From: Octopus bimaculoides
Taxonomy: Eukaryota
DNA length: 64,000 nt
Reading direction: 5' to 3'
NCBI RefSeq assembly: GCF_001194135.2
Contig: NC_068988.1
Location: 42,310,654 to 42,374,653, forward strand
This document shows, piece by piece, positions 1-12,630 of the stretch. Position numbers and translations under genes: made by a program. The first letter of the stretch is position 1. Each line of letters starts with the position of its first letter. A model generated the notes under the pieces. The model was not told where the DNA came from, did no database searches, and worked only from the letters and a program-made list of their open reading frames with translations.

Positions 1-92
1 TGGCACCTTGGGCAAGTGTCTTCTGCTATAGCCTCGGGCCGAGCAAAGCCTTGTGAGTGGATTTGGTAGACGGAAACTGAAAGAAGCCTGTC

Positions 93-150
<58 letters not shown>

Positions 151-373
151 ATATGTTTGTGTGTCTGTGTTTTCTCCCCCAACATCGCTTGACATCCGAT
201 GATGGTGTGTTTACGTCTCCATAACTTAGCGGTTCGGCAAAAGAGACCAACAGAATAAGTACTAGGCTTCCAAAGAATAAGTCCTGGGGTCAATTTACTC
301 GACTAAAGGTGGTGCCCCAGCATGGCTGCAGTCAAATGACTGAAACAAGTAAAAGAGTAAAAGAGTTAAAGAG
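1..373 (+). mobile_element. tRNA-derived SINE type A (5' end outside window)
   Basis: GGCACCTTGGGCAAGTGTCTTC...internal (TA)n...GTGCCCCAGCATGGCTGCAGTCAAATGACTGAAACAAG(TAAAAGAG)n. Confidence 0.9.
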
Positions 374-1067
374 TATCTATAATACATTGCTTGCTTGCTT
401 GCAATGTTACACAACCAAACTGGCACATAATGGAAAAAATACTTTGAAAGTAAAGTAAGTGCCCCTGAAATCTGAATACGAACAGAATAAAACAAGTTTC
501 ACATAAATCAGACAAGTAGCTGAAATATTCGGGGTTTTGTGGTATGAATACCCAAAACAGTGCATAACAGGAAAATACTCCAAAAATAACTCTGAAAGGG
601 AAGAAACTCTAACCTTTCCATTAGACACATTATGATGGGCAAAATATTTTTTAAGTGAAAATGACTTTAAAAATATGATAAATATTTCGTAAAAGACAAG
701 TTTGTAACCGCAGTGTGGAAAAGTTTTTTTTTCCAAAGGTTTCTTTCGAGTGCACTCAACATACCTCACCTCCAAAGATTTGGCTGCTATTTCTAACACG
801 CCCTGCCACTATGTAACAGCTATTTGTGATAAAGGACCCAAAATACCTCTTACATGGTAGCAGGACGTGCAAGAAATAGCAGTGAAATCTTCCCTTTACT
901 GGGAAAAGGAGCTGTTTACGCATTATTTTGATGTCACATTCATTGAAAGCGTGCGAAATAACATGGAAAAGAAAAAAAAAACCCACAGAACAAAACTCCT
1001 TTGCTGGGGAACTCAGACTTCCCCAGTGACCCAACGGGTTGTGGGTAGTCTAGTCTAGTGCATCATG

Positions 1068-1250
1068 ATAGATCGCTGACCACTACATTTATATCTTTTT
1101 TCTCCTTGTTTCTTTCGGTTGAAGAGCATAGCTCGAAACATCATAAACTTTCTCTATTCCCGAGCGTTAAACTAATACATCCATTTGTTGTTTACACCAC
1201 CGGTCTTCGTCTGTTGTTTTTTTCATAAATTCTCCCATATATATATATGA
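1068..1250 (+). mobile_element. Short repeat resembling a Penelope pseudo-LTR/terminus
   Basis: Contains TTGAAGAGC-ATA-GCTCGAAACATC, a hammerhead-like core typical of PLE termini; ends in (TA)n. Assignment is from motif resemblance only. Confidence 0.45.
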
Positions 1251-2356
1251 GAAAATTGATAGTTTTGTCAACCTCAATATTTGACTGGTACTTGATTTAT
1301 AAACTCCAAAAGAATGAAAGTTGGCTATAGCAGGATTTGAACTGAGGACAAAGAATGGATCTAAGTAATTGCTGTTAGGAGTTGATTGAATGTTGCACCA
1401 ATTCTAAAAATTTGAAATTTTAGCATGAAAAATTATCATCATCATTTTTACATCAACCTTTCCATGCTGACATGGTTCAGACAGAATTCTGTTAAGATGG
1501 ATTTTCTTACAGCCTGATGCCTTTCCTGTCACCAATCTTCAACTACTTCCAAGGTAATATTTCCCTGTAATCAGACATGTTTTCACAGAGGATCTGGAAC
1601 AAAGGACATCACTTGCATGACAGTGATATTCATTCACAGCAATCATTGGATGTTGAGGCAAAAACAAAGTAACACACACGACTTTGGTCAACCTGGGGCT
1701 GTAATAGAAGATATCTGCACAAGGAGCCATGCAGTGGGATTGAACCAAGAACCATGAGGTTGGGAAGCAAACGTCTTACCACATAGCCAATACCTGTGCC
1801 TACAAGTGGTTAGAATCAACTCAGAAAGGTAATGGCAAACATTTTTGCCTAACGTTCAACCAATTCAACAATCAGCTCTCCTATCAATAATTTTTTAAAT
1901 AAGCATCTTTTTGCGTGTGGTAAAATTATTTGTATCACGTCATCAAAATGATATCTTGTAAAAAAAAATACCCAAAGGAAAGTAATAGAAAACAACCATA
2001 TTTTTCCACAAAAATTCCAAGGCAAAAACATGGTGCTAATCAGAGAATTTACTAGGTTGTATTCATTGACCTGATGGCACAGAGAGAGAAAAAAAAAACA
2101 AACAGCACAAGTCCATAATATTTGTAGAGTGATCAATTTATTGATCCTAGTACTTAAATACCAGGAAAAGACAAAAGACAAAAGAAAGTCAACTGAGTCA
2201 AAATGTTGTATCAAAGAAGGGAGACAACCGAAAGCCATCAAAGACATTTATTTAGTCAAATAGTTTCTGGGTATTTTATTGATCATTTTTGTATTTTCCC
2301 CAATGATGCAAAATAAAAGACAAAGAAAAGGCTTTTTATACAACTGAAACTAAACG

Positions 2357-2362
2357 TTTATT
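2357..2362 (-). terminator. Candidate COPS5 polyadenylation signal
   Basis: AATAAA on the minus strand about 1 kb below the stop, followed ~25 nt later by a T/GT-rich element (TTTTCTTTGTCTTTT). Further AATAAA at 2275-2280, 2247-2252 and 2137-2142 are alternatives. Confidence 0.4.
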
Positions 2363-3345
2363 GAGCCAAAGGAAACAAAAAAAAAAAAAAAAGCAGTAAA
2401 ATTTCGAACGAAAAGTAAAGAGAGAGAGAGTATTCATGTAAATGTTTTTGTTTTGACAAAGAATTTTCTCAAACTGCACTCATTAGTACCATTCATTGCC
2501 AATATTTGGTAGAATTTTAAATAGACAGACTTTCTTAGCAAATGAATGACTAAACAACAATTTTTAAGTGTTCATATTGAAATTAAAACCTTCCATCACA
2601 TTTGGGTCCCAAACAACAGCTACAAAATGAAAAGGAAAATTGTTTTACTAAATACCTCCAAATTCTTCTTATTTTTTTAAAATGTCAGTGTTTAATTACA
2701 AATATGGTCAAAGAGGGTTATTCCATTTACAGAATATTAACAGGCATGTTTAGACAATTCTAACCATATAGTAAATACTTTAACACAGACACGCATGTGT
2801 ATATTTGTATGCATGTGTGTATATATATATATATGTCTGTATGTATGTATACACACACACAAACACAGATCTATAAAACACATGCACTTTGCATGTGAAG
2901 TAGCTCAGTAGAATATCAAGTTCACATTAACAGTGTTAGTAGTAATCTGCAATAAGCACCAAATAGAGATTATGGTCTAATTAAACTGTATGACTCTTAA
3001 GATATCACCTTACCTCAAGCTATCCTCAAGATTATCAAGCTATCATTAAGATATTAATCTATTTTTAATATATATCAAGCTATCCTCACGTTATCAAGTA
3101 ATTATACTCATCAAAATATCTTACCACCATAGAAACAATATCCAAATGGTGTCAGCTATATCTTATCACCTCATTTACTCAGAATATCAAATATCAGCAA
3201 TGAAAGCAATAATATTAATAATCCTTAATAGCAGTACTTGTCTTCTTTATGTTTTAGAGATTTTTCTTTGTTTTGATGTGATAAAGGTTCATTTTGATAA
3301 TGTCTTATTTTTGGATTTGTTGTTGTTTTTCAGTTTTTCATTCAC

Positions 3346-3523
3346 TTATGTAGACATCTTCTCTTCATCAACTACCATGGCAACATCAGATGTCCCTGGT
3401 TTTGCTTGATCAATAGCTAGTGTGGACGACTCGTTCCTATCTCCAACATGTACATGGTTAAACAGCCAGTCTTTTATCACTTGAGACATCAGTCCATGGA
3501 TAGCTTCAATGGTAGTTTTACAC
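3346..3523 (-). CDS. COPS5: CSN5 terminal coding exon 7
   Basis: CATCAG acceptor; (G)[61 protein letters not shown]. 178 nt; all seven exons join in frame to 1089 nt. Confidence 0.95.
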
Positions 3524-4410
3524 CTGATGACATATAGATATGAGAGGAGTGATATGAGAGAGAAATCAAGAAGTTACAGTGTAGTGAAACAAAGACTAAA
3601 TATTAACAACAATTGCTGCATTGTCTGACAGATGTTCCAACAGTATCAATCTCACCAACCTTAGAGATTAAAGATCACAGCTAGTACTCTTTAAAACAAA
3701 AGTATAATTAATAAGACATGAATTAACTATTAAAATCTTAATGATTACGTAAATCTTACTAACACTATTTGACATTCATCATTATAAGCACAAATTTGAA
3801 ACAGAAAAAATAGCAGGCTCACTAACAGGTCTTCTTTTATTTCTCTATAATGTGCCAGGGGACTACTCAAAGTAGGTATTATAAATTGTTACTACCATTT
3901 TAACTGTACTATTCTATCTTTAATGTTTGTCAGTCGTTATCAACAATGACAAGACCTCACATGGGAAAAGAAGATGGGTCAAAGAGCATCCAGCTGTGGC
4001 TGATCAAACTGATGCATGCCGGAAGGTTCTGCTGCAGGTCAGGCACCAATCTGCTGGGAATGAAAGCAAGGAGTTGGCTCTGGACTTGCACAGCCCATGT
4101 TTTCTTTCTGCTCCTACAATCCTATTCTATTCATAAGAGGTGGCACTTCTGCTATGCCAGGCAGGGCAGTCCTGTGCCTGTATTTCTCTAGTAGATAATT
4201 AATCACTCAGTGACTTAGTAGTAGCAGGATAGGTTATTCTACTAATATCCAATACAATATTAATCAGAGAAGATTGAATGGCAGGCATTCTGTTAAGTAA
4301 TCATCTGGATAGTAGGCATAGTGCATAATTTGACATTACATGGAAAATGGTAATTAAAATGTGACATACACTAGTACAATTAGTTGTTAAAAACAAATCG
4401 ATTTTCTTAC

Positions 4411-4559
4411 CCATCTTTAGTAGCTTTGGATAATTTGTCTTCTGATTTCTTCTCAAAGGCATCCATGCCAAGCATGAAACCACAGCGCCCCAGTTGTGCT
4501 TCAGACTGCTCAAGTTTTTCAGATAAATCAAAGATCTGACCAGTTGTATATTCGGCATT
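4411..4559 (-). CDS. COPS5: CSN5 coding exon 6
   Basis: TTACAG acceptor; [49 protein letters not shown]+GG; GTAAGA donor. 149 nt, phase 2. Confidence 0.97.
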
Positions 4560-5491
4560 CTGTAAGAAAACAATGCGAAAGAATCAGACAATGCATTTCG
4601 CAAATATTACTGATGAGATAGGAGCCTCATTTTTGTTCAAATGATGCACAAGGGTTACAATGCCAGTGAAATACTAGTTGTGTGATAGATACAACACAGA
4701 ATTGGTAGACCATTGAACAAAAACCTTGTCATATTTGAAATAAAAAAAATAAGTACTAGTGTCAACATAAACAATTGTATGCTAGAAAGCAATGCTACAG
4801 CATGACTGAAACTAGTAAAAATAAAAATGTTTATCTTCCTCATTATCCTCACCATATTTTAGTCTCCATAAGAATTTATATAATAAAGTTGTTTTTGAAC
4901 TCAGAATGTAAAGGTACATAAATAAATACTGTAAGATATTATATCAACTGCACAACTAATTCTGATATATTACTACTACCATTGCAACCACCACTGTAAC
5001 AACAATTGCTTCTGATATTTTAACAATAGTAACTTCTAAAATACTAGTAATAAAAATAATTCTAATTTTGGCACAAGGCCTGCAATTTGAGGGGATGGTC
5101 TAAGTAGATTACAATAACTCCAAAACTTGATAACCCTGAAAGACAATAGGCAAAAAAAAGAGCAGGAAGAAATGCTGCAAAGCATTTTGTCCGATGCACC
5201 AATGACTCTGCCAGTTCACTGCCTTAAGAATAATTTCTGATGTAAGCACAATCCTATAAACCTTCAAGAGGAGTACAGCTGATTACATTAACAGCAGTAT
5301 TTGACTTATATTTCTTTTATCAATCCTGGAAGAATAAAACAGCAAGGTTGCAGGAAAGAGGGTTAAAACTCAGAAAATAAACAGATGCTACCTAATATCA
5401 AGATATTTTTTATCATGCTCCACCATCATAATAAACATAGTAGTAATGGGAAACAAAGGAAGAGAAAAAGATTTAAAAAAAAGTAACTTAC

Positions 5492-5689
5492 AGCCAGAAA
5501 ACTTGATGAACTTAATGTATTGACCCAGTATTTGTTCCAGAGGGACTCCAATAACTTACGATCCAACGATGACTTGAAATAGGATACATCGAGGGAATAG
5601 TACTGCTTGCAGTGCACACCAAAATCTTCAATCTTGTTTAGTGGAATGGACTGATACTCAGATGGTCCCTCATCAGCAGGTCGATAACC
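5492..5689 (-). CDS. COPS5: CSN5 coding exon 5
   Basis: CCACAG acceptor; [66 protein letters not shown]; GTAAGT donor. 198 nt. Confidence 0.98.
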
Positions 5690-7490
5690 CTGTGGAAAAG
5701 ATTGAGTTCTGTTTCAAACACTACTCATTTTATCACATTCCTGCCAAGTTTCAATATCAATCAAAACTTTTCACAGCCTCTACAAATGCTGAACTGCATT
5801 ATCTCTAGGTGTTTTAACTTGTGGAGTTGTTCTCATTTACCAAACCTATAATCAAAGGTATTCATTATGTATAATCATCTTATTTATGTGCTCTTCTTTT
5901 TTCAGACAGAAGCATGTGATTTGAAGGACATTTGGTAGTTATTTCTGCTAAGTTGAGGATGCAAAGAGAGGTTCTTTCATTGGTTCATTTATCTAATATT
6001 CTTTCTCTCTCCCTTTATATATAAATATATATATATAATCTTTTTGGCCATGAAAAATATTACCTTGTCTAGAAACAAATGAAGATAGGAAACAGGAAGG
6101 GCTTCCAACCATAGAAAATCTGCCTCGTGTGTGTGTTTTAAAGGGTATCATACAATTCATATGCAGGCCACCACTAGTTTCATGAAGAAACAGGCCCTGT
6201 GCTGGTCTGAAAAAAAAAAGTCCTACATTTGTTAGACCTAGTAAATAAAATTCCTAAACTACAAACTGAACATTCAACCATGCCAATTTCATCAATATAC
6301 TCCAAGATCTTCCCCATTCAGAGAATCTAAGACAGACTTTAAGAACAAGTGCTTCTCAGTAACATCAAGTACTTTCCTTCTTGCTTGCTTCCATTTTGCA
6401 TCCATTCTTCCATACTTATGTAGAGTAAAAAGTTGACTTGTTTCCTAAAGTTGTGTGAGATTCCTCTGCATCTCTTGCTTAACTACTTAGAAGTGATATT
6501 TGTTTCAAGATTTAGTCACACAGAAAAGGATAGTATCATTGACCTTTTGCAGGGCTTCCAAGACATGATGAAGCAGCACAACAACATATAGTAAAGCAAT
6601 GTAGCAAATTTTTTTATGATAATTTCTTTTGCTATTCATTTTCATTAGCTTCTTCATACATTGTTTCTGCCATTCATCGCTAGACTTTTCTCATTAGTCT
6701 TTCTTTTATCCATAGTCATAGATTGGTTCACATATTATTTTTTGGTACAGTGAAGCAATAGGACCACTATACATAAACACAAAACTTACAGTGAAACCAC
6801 ATTTATCGAAACATGAGTACTTGATTCAAAGAACAAAGCAGATCAATTTTCAACATCCTTATCACTGTTTTTAATGTCCACTTTTCCATGCTGGAGCTGA
6901 ATTTGTTGAGGCAGATTTTCCTGTTGCTAACCGTCTCCAATAATATTTGCCCATGATTAATCAAGTCTCAGAACACTGGAAACAAAGGACACCACTTGCA
7001 TGATGGTGACACATGCTTACGACTATCACACAAAGTCAAGGCAAAGAAACAGTAACACACACACATATGACAGGCTTCTTTTCAGTTTCCAACTATCATA
7101 TCCACTCATAATACTTTAGTTAGCCTGGCACTATAAATGAAGAGACTAACACAGTTTGCCATGCAGGGAGACTGAACTTGAAACCGTGTTGTTGGAAAGC
7201 AGACTGCTTACCACACAGTCACACCTGCATCTATAAACATGATATTGAAAAATACTACTGTGCTACTCAAGGCTACACAACATTCGTTGGCATTTGGTGA
7301 CAAATAATTTGAGAGATTTATTATCAATATATAAAACATTGCTATTCATTTTCCTGTTAACTGAAGGTTTGTTGTGTATCAAACAAAATAGATATTTCAA
7401 GACAGTTACCAAAATCATGTCATACAAAACAAAGAAAGAAGTCATTATTTACTTTACAGCAGAAACTCTGTACAAAGTCAAGCAACTTAC

Positions 7491-7556
7491 CTTTGGGTAG
7501 GTACGAAAAGCTCCCATATTCACCTTGCCAGCTGATATAGTTCTGACAGGATCAAC
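7491..7556 (-). CDS. COPS5: CSN5 coding exon 4
   Basis: TTAG acceptor; [22 protein letters not shown]; AAG|GTAAGT donor. 66 nt. Confidence 0.97.
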
Positions 7557-8099
7557 CTAACAAAAAATCATACAATGGAATGAGTGCTTGTTATGAAAGA
7601 GTGCTAAGTAAATCTATGATTTCAATAACCTGAATAACTTTGATATCAACATGAGTAGATATTTTAGCAATAGATAACACACTGTATATTGGTGACGGTT
7701 GTAGTTGTTGAAACCAAAGACAGGCTTAAAGAAAAAGGTTTTCAACATGGATGATACTACCCTTAAGGGAACGCTGAGCATATTGGAGTGGGTAATGAGG
7801 CAAAATAGTTAACATGCTAAATTTTACCTAGTAGTAATTATATTATATAGAAGATTCAAAGTAGCATTGCAATTTTCAACTAAGCAATGAAATAAATTTG
7901 CAATAAGTCAAAGAGAAAACTTATGACTTCTTTTGACCTAATATAGAAAATTTAGCTAGATCACATAAAGCAGAGAGAAGTCATTAACTTGCAATGTATG
8001 AAGTAAATTTACATCTTTTGTCTTTATTAATTTTTATCATTTCACTGTTAAAAGCTTATACAATCCATTTGAGTAAAATTTATAAACTATCATAATTTA

Positions 8100-9314
8100 C
8101 AGGGTCTTACAGATAAATTATGACCAATTTTAAGCAGTTGACTTAGTGGGTTTAACATTTCAGTTTTTGACAAAACTTTGCTTACTTGCAAATCTAATTC
8201 TCCTCTTTATTTTTCAGGTAAATAGCGAACTGATTCGACAACAGAAAGTCATGGAACAACTGAATCGTTCCACCATTGTTGTTTTGGCATGCACTGGGCA
8301 CACTACCAATAAAATTGTTAAGTTGATGAAACTTCCAAAAGCAACAGTTTATTGTGTGTATAAACAATTTAAAGAAGAGGGAAAGATTGATAGAAAAGAA
8401 CACAAGACTTGAAGTGATTCCAAGTGCAATCCAAAGTTTCTCACTGGCCTCAAACGCTCAGTTGAAGCCAGCCCGTTCACATCTATGACAACTCTTGCAA
8501 AGAAACACATGTCACTTTCCAGTGTCCAGAGCTGTGAACAGGAACCCTGGCATGACTAGCTATGTTCAATGATGCTATCACTTCCTAACAGCCAAGGCCA
8601 AAACAATCAGAGTCAAGAGATGCTCAAAGCTTCTGTTATTCATCAAGCATCAAGGTGCAAGAAAAACTTGTGTTTGTGGATGAGAAGTTCACTGTGGACG
8701 ATAAGGCAAATCAGAAATTCTCGAGTGATTGCATACAACTCTCCTGACACCCCCCCCCCTGTGTTTGAGACTAAGAATTCTACCTCTGTGATGGAAGTGT
8801 CATGGATCCACACTTCATTGAGTCTGGCTCAAAGATCAGCACAAAGGAGTATCTGGACATCCTGAAGAACTCACTGTTACTTTGGATGGAGCAGAAGTTT
8901 GGGCTTGACAATGTGGTGCTTATCCAGGATTCTGCACCATGCCATGGGTCAAAAGCAACACAGGCCTTCCTTAGTGAGAAGGTGCCACTTTTTGTGAGGG
9001 CCAACATATGGCCCAGTAATAGCCCAGATCTCAACCTTCTTGATTACTTTTTTGGGGTATACTTCAATCATGGACCAGTGCCTCACCACACTCGAGTGTC
9101 AACAGTTTGAAGACCTGCATCATCAAAATCAAAAAGGCAGAGGTTGCGGCAGCTGCAAAATAATTTCATTCTCATGTGGAGGCTATAATTGCCCAAAAGG
9201 GTGGTTATACAGAGAAATAAACGTTTTCGTTGTAATAAATGTTACATTAAAATTATATTTGTCTACTACCATTATTTTTGTGTTTATCACCAGTTTTATG
9301 CATTGTAAGAATTG
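8100..9314 (+). mobile_element. Tc1/mariner DD37D (maT-type) transposon, frameshifted, in COPS5 intron 3
   Basis: TA|CAGGGTCTTACAGATAAAT left end. HTH region (MEQLNRSTIVVL...KLPKATVYCVYKQFKEEGKIDRK), DEKFTV motif, and catalytic QDSAPCH...WPSNSPDLNLLD with exactly 37 residues between the last two Asp. Right TIR degenerate; stops and frameshifts present. Confidence 0.88.
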
Positions 9315-9371
9315 TTTCAATTCATAACATGCATCAAAGAACATCAGGAACAAAAAAAAAAAGTGAATTTA

Positions 9372-9515
<144 letters not shown>

Positions 9516-10715
9516 CTAAATAGAAAACATTTCTAAAGGTAATCAGTTCATATTTGATATAGTTATTAAGAAACCAAACCTTTACTGTAATGGAAAAGGG
9601 AAACAAATTTCTAAATTGAGGCTAGAATCTCATTTCATCTGTGTGCTTCACTGTAATTTTCAGTGAACAAATTCAGCAACTGTCAGCAGCTGCTATATTT
9701 TCCAACATACAAGACAAATTTTTCAGACCAAAATTTGCAGCCACAAAAAAAAAGGTAGGTTAACTTATTCACTAAGACAACTTTGGAGTGACCAAAAATT
9801 CCATGTGAAATGCAGCAGGATTTGATAAGATCGTGATGATATTTGAATGTTTGCAATATATGTCAACTTATATGCTGCAAAATACAGTACTCTCAAGCAA
9901 ATGTAAAGTGTACATAACATGAACAGACTTAAGTCTTGATAGATGCTGAGGGTGACACATTGAAAATGTTTTGGAATCATCATTGTTACACCATGATGAT
10001 GGCTTTAGCATCCATTATGGTAACCTGGAAGAGTTAAAGCCAAGTTATCTAAGAGAATCAAATTCAAAATCTCAGTCTACAAGATAAGATGATGACTAAT
10101 CAAACTCCAAAGTAAACCAATATGTTTCTATTTATAAACAGTAAACAATAAGGAAATATAAGAGGCAAAAACTCATCTGAAAGAAACACTAAATATTATC
10201 AAAATTATAAATGAAAACAAATAATGAACCACACACTAATCACCTGGTGCATAAGAAAGTTATTACTCTTAGTTTAGAAACAAAGGTTCTTATTTGAAAG
10301 TTAGTCAAGAACTTTGTACAACTTTATAAAAAAAGACACCTCGTGATGTTGACTGGAAATGGAACTAACTAAAATGTAGTGTGGCTACATAAATAACATA
10401 AATATATCTTCTATAGATGAGGCAAATAGTTTGAAAAATGATGTTATAATTTTGAAGACAAAATCATCTCAAACATTGAGGCAATGAGTGTCTTAAACCA
10501 AAAACTGAAACTGTGCCAATCAGTAATATCTTTCATTAACAACTGAAATGGTTCGTGTAGTAGCTTCTCTTAACTCTGATACCAAAGTCTGGAATGGGTT
10601 TGACACATCTACTCAGTAGTACATTGTCACTTGGCATTTGTCATTTCATCTGAAGGGCTCAATATGCATCTTGAAATATGACCTCACTACTTCTTTTGCA
10701 ATATGCATCTTGAAA

Positions 10716-11127
10716 AAGGCAGCAAGCTGGCAGAAACGTTAGCACGCCAGGCGAAATGCTTAGCGGTATTTCGTCTGCCGCTACCTTTTGAGTTCCAATT
10801 CCTCCAAGGTCGACTTTGCCTTTCATCCTTTCGGGGTCGATTAAATAAGTACCAGTTACGCACTGGGGTCGATATAATCAACTTAATTCGTTTGTCTGTC
10901 CTTGTTTATCCCCTCTGTGTGTAGTCCCTTGTGGGCAGTAAAGAAATAAGAAACGTTAGCATGCCGGACGAAATGCTTCGCAGTATTTTGCCTGTCTTTA
11001 CATTCTGAGTTCAAACTCCACCGAGGTCAACTTCGCCTTTCATCCTTTCAAGGTCGATAAATTAAGTACCAGTTGCATACTGGTCCCCTCCCCAAAAATT
11101 TCGGGCCTTGTGCCTAGAGAAGAAAAG
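10716..11127 (+). mobile_element. SINE type B dimer/nested pair in COPS5 intron 2
   Basis: GGCAGCAAGCTGGCAGAAACGTTAGC head; central CTTTGCCTTTCATCCTTTCGGGGTCGAT...AAGTACCAG (Meta-SINE-like) domain occurs twice; flanked by the 16-bp direct repeat AATATGCATCTTGAAA. Confidence 0.88.
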
Positions 11128-11665
11128 AATATGCATCTTGAAATATGACTTCATCACTGCCAACACTCATCAAGCATTATCATCACATGCCCTGGAATAA
11201 GATGATTAGGTGCAACTGTTTGAACGCACATGATTTGGCACAGTTGGCTGAGCATAAGAACCTATTTTAGCAACAGTACTCTTTTGGCCCTGGCAGCAAA
11301 CACACACACATGCATGCATGCATGCAGAAATATACATATACATACAGACAGAAGACTGAGTGGGAGAGAGAGAATTTATTAACTCAAAACAATTGGAAAA
11401 AAAACACTTTCCCTCTCTTCATACACATAAAGAGAAATATGCTCAGAGAGAGAGAGAGAGAGAGGGAGAGAAAACAAGAGAAACATTAAAATGTCTGATA
11501 TCAAATAAATCAGCATTGAATCAACAATGCCAAAACAGCAGGTGCCAAAATATCTTAAACCCAACATGCATACCTCAGTGCAGCAGTTGCCCCTTGCATT
11601 AAAAGGAACAACAAGAGGTGGGACTATCATGGAATAACAAAGAATAATTAAACAATTTGACTTAC

Positions 11666-11900
11666 TTGTTTTGACGATTCAGTATAGGCGGCCATGTACT
11701 CGTATGCCTGAGCCTGAGCATTTACTCGGGTCTCAGTTCCTTCCACAGGGGCAGCAAAACTGTCCATAACTAACATGGTGTTGCCATCAACTTTACCTAG
11801 CAGGAGACCCATTACTTCAAGGTTACCGCCTGATCGAGCATGCATGACCATTTTGAGGAGAGCTAGAGCTGAGATTTTTATATACTTGAAGTAATGCGGA
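11666..11900 (-). CDS. COPS5: CSN5 coding exon 2 (MPN domain start, Ins-1)
   Basis: TTTTCAG acceptor; (N)[78 protein letters not shown]; GTAAGT donor. 235 nt. Confidence 0.98.
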
Positions 11901-12254
11901 CTGAAAATAAAAAGAAACAGGGAACAATATTTTAGCAATGTAAATACATTAAAATGTGATGCATTTCTTCACAATTACATATATACACACACACATGCAT
12001 AGACATGTATATGGGTACAAACAAAAAAGCTTCCAAAACATATCAATGTTTCAGATTTATAAGATAACAGTGATTCACTCTATTGGTGCTCAGAGTTTCA
12101 CACATCTTGTGAATGATAATAGGTAATAGGGTTTCTGCAGAGTTTCTAATATAAGGCTGATTTTTCTAGTTAGGGTAGATTACATGATTGAAATGGTGAC
12201 AATAAAACTGTCACTTTGCAACTATGGAGACCAATTGAATAAATAATCCTTTTC

Positions 12255-12412
12255 ATCCGTCTTTACGTTCTGAGTTCAAATTCCGTCGAGGTTGACTTTG
12301 CCTTTCATCCTTTCGGGGTCAATAAATTAAGTACCAGTTGCATCCTGAGGTTGATCTAATCAACTACCTCCTCCCAAAAAACTTCAGGCCTTGTGCCTAG
12401 AGTAGAAAAGAA
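12255..12412 (+). mobile_element. SINE type B, 5'-truncated (another at about 13985-14172 -)
   Basis: TTCTGAGTTCAAATTCC...CCTTTCATCCTTTCGGGGTC...GGCCTTGTGCCTAGAGTAGAAAAG. Confidence 0.85.
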
Positions 12413-12630
12413 TAAATAATCCTTTACTTGGAAAACTTTACCATTAAGATCTCACAGTACAAGGCTTAGAAATTTTCTAATTTGCCCTAAAGGTTCTGCA
12501 ATGAGAACAAGATCGTTGGCATATACAAATCTAAAACTCCTCTGTGATGGTCATATGTACACATACACACACACACATTTATAAACACATCAACATATAT
12601 GTGCACACAGATACACATGACTACTTTCCT

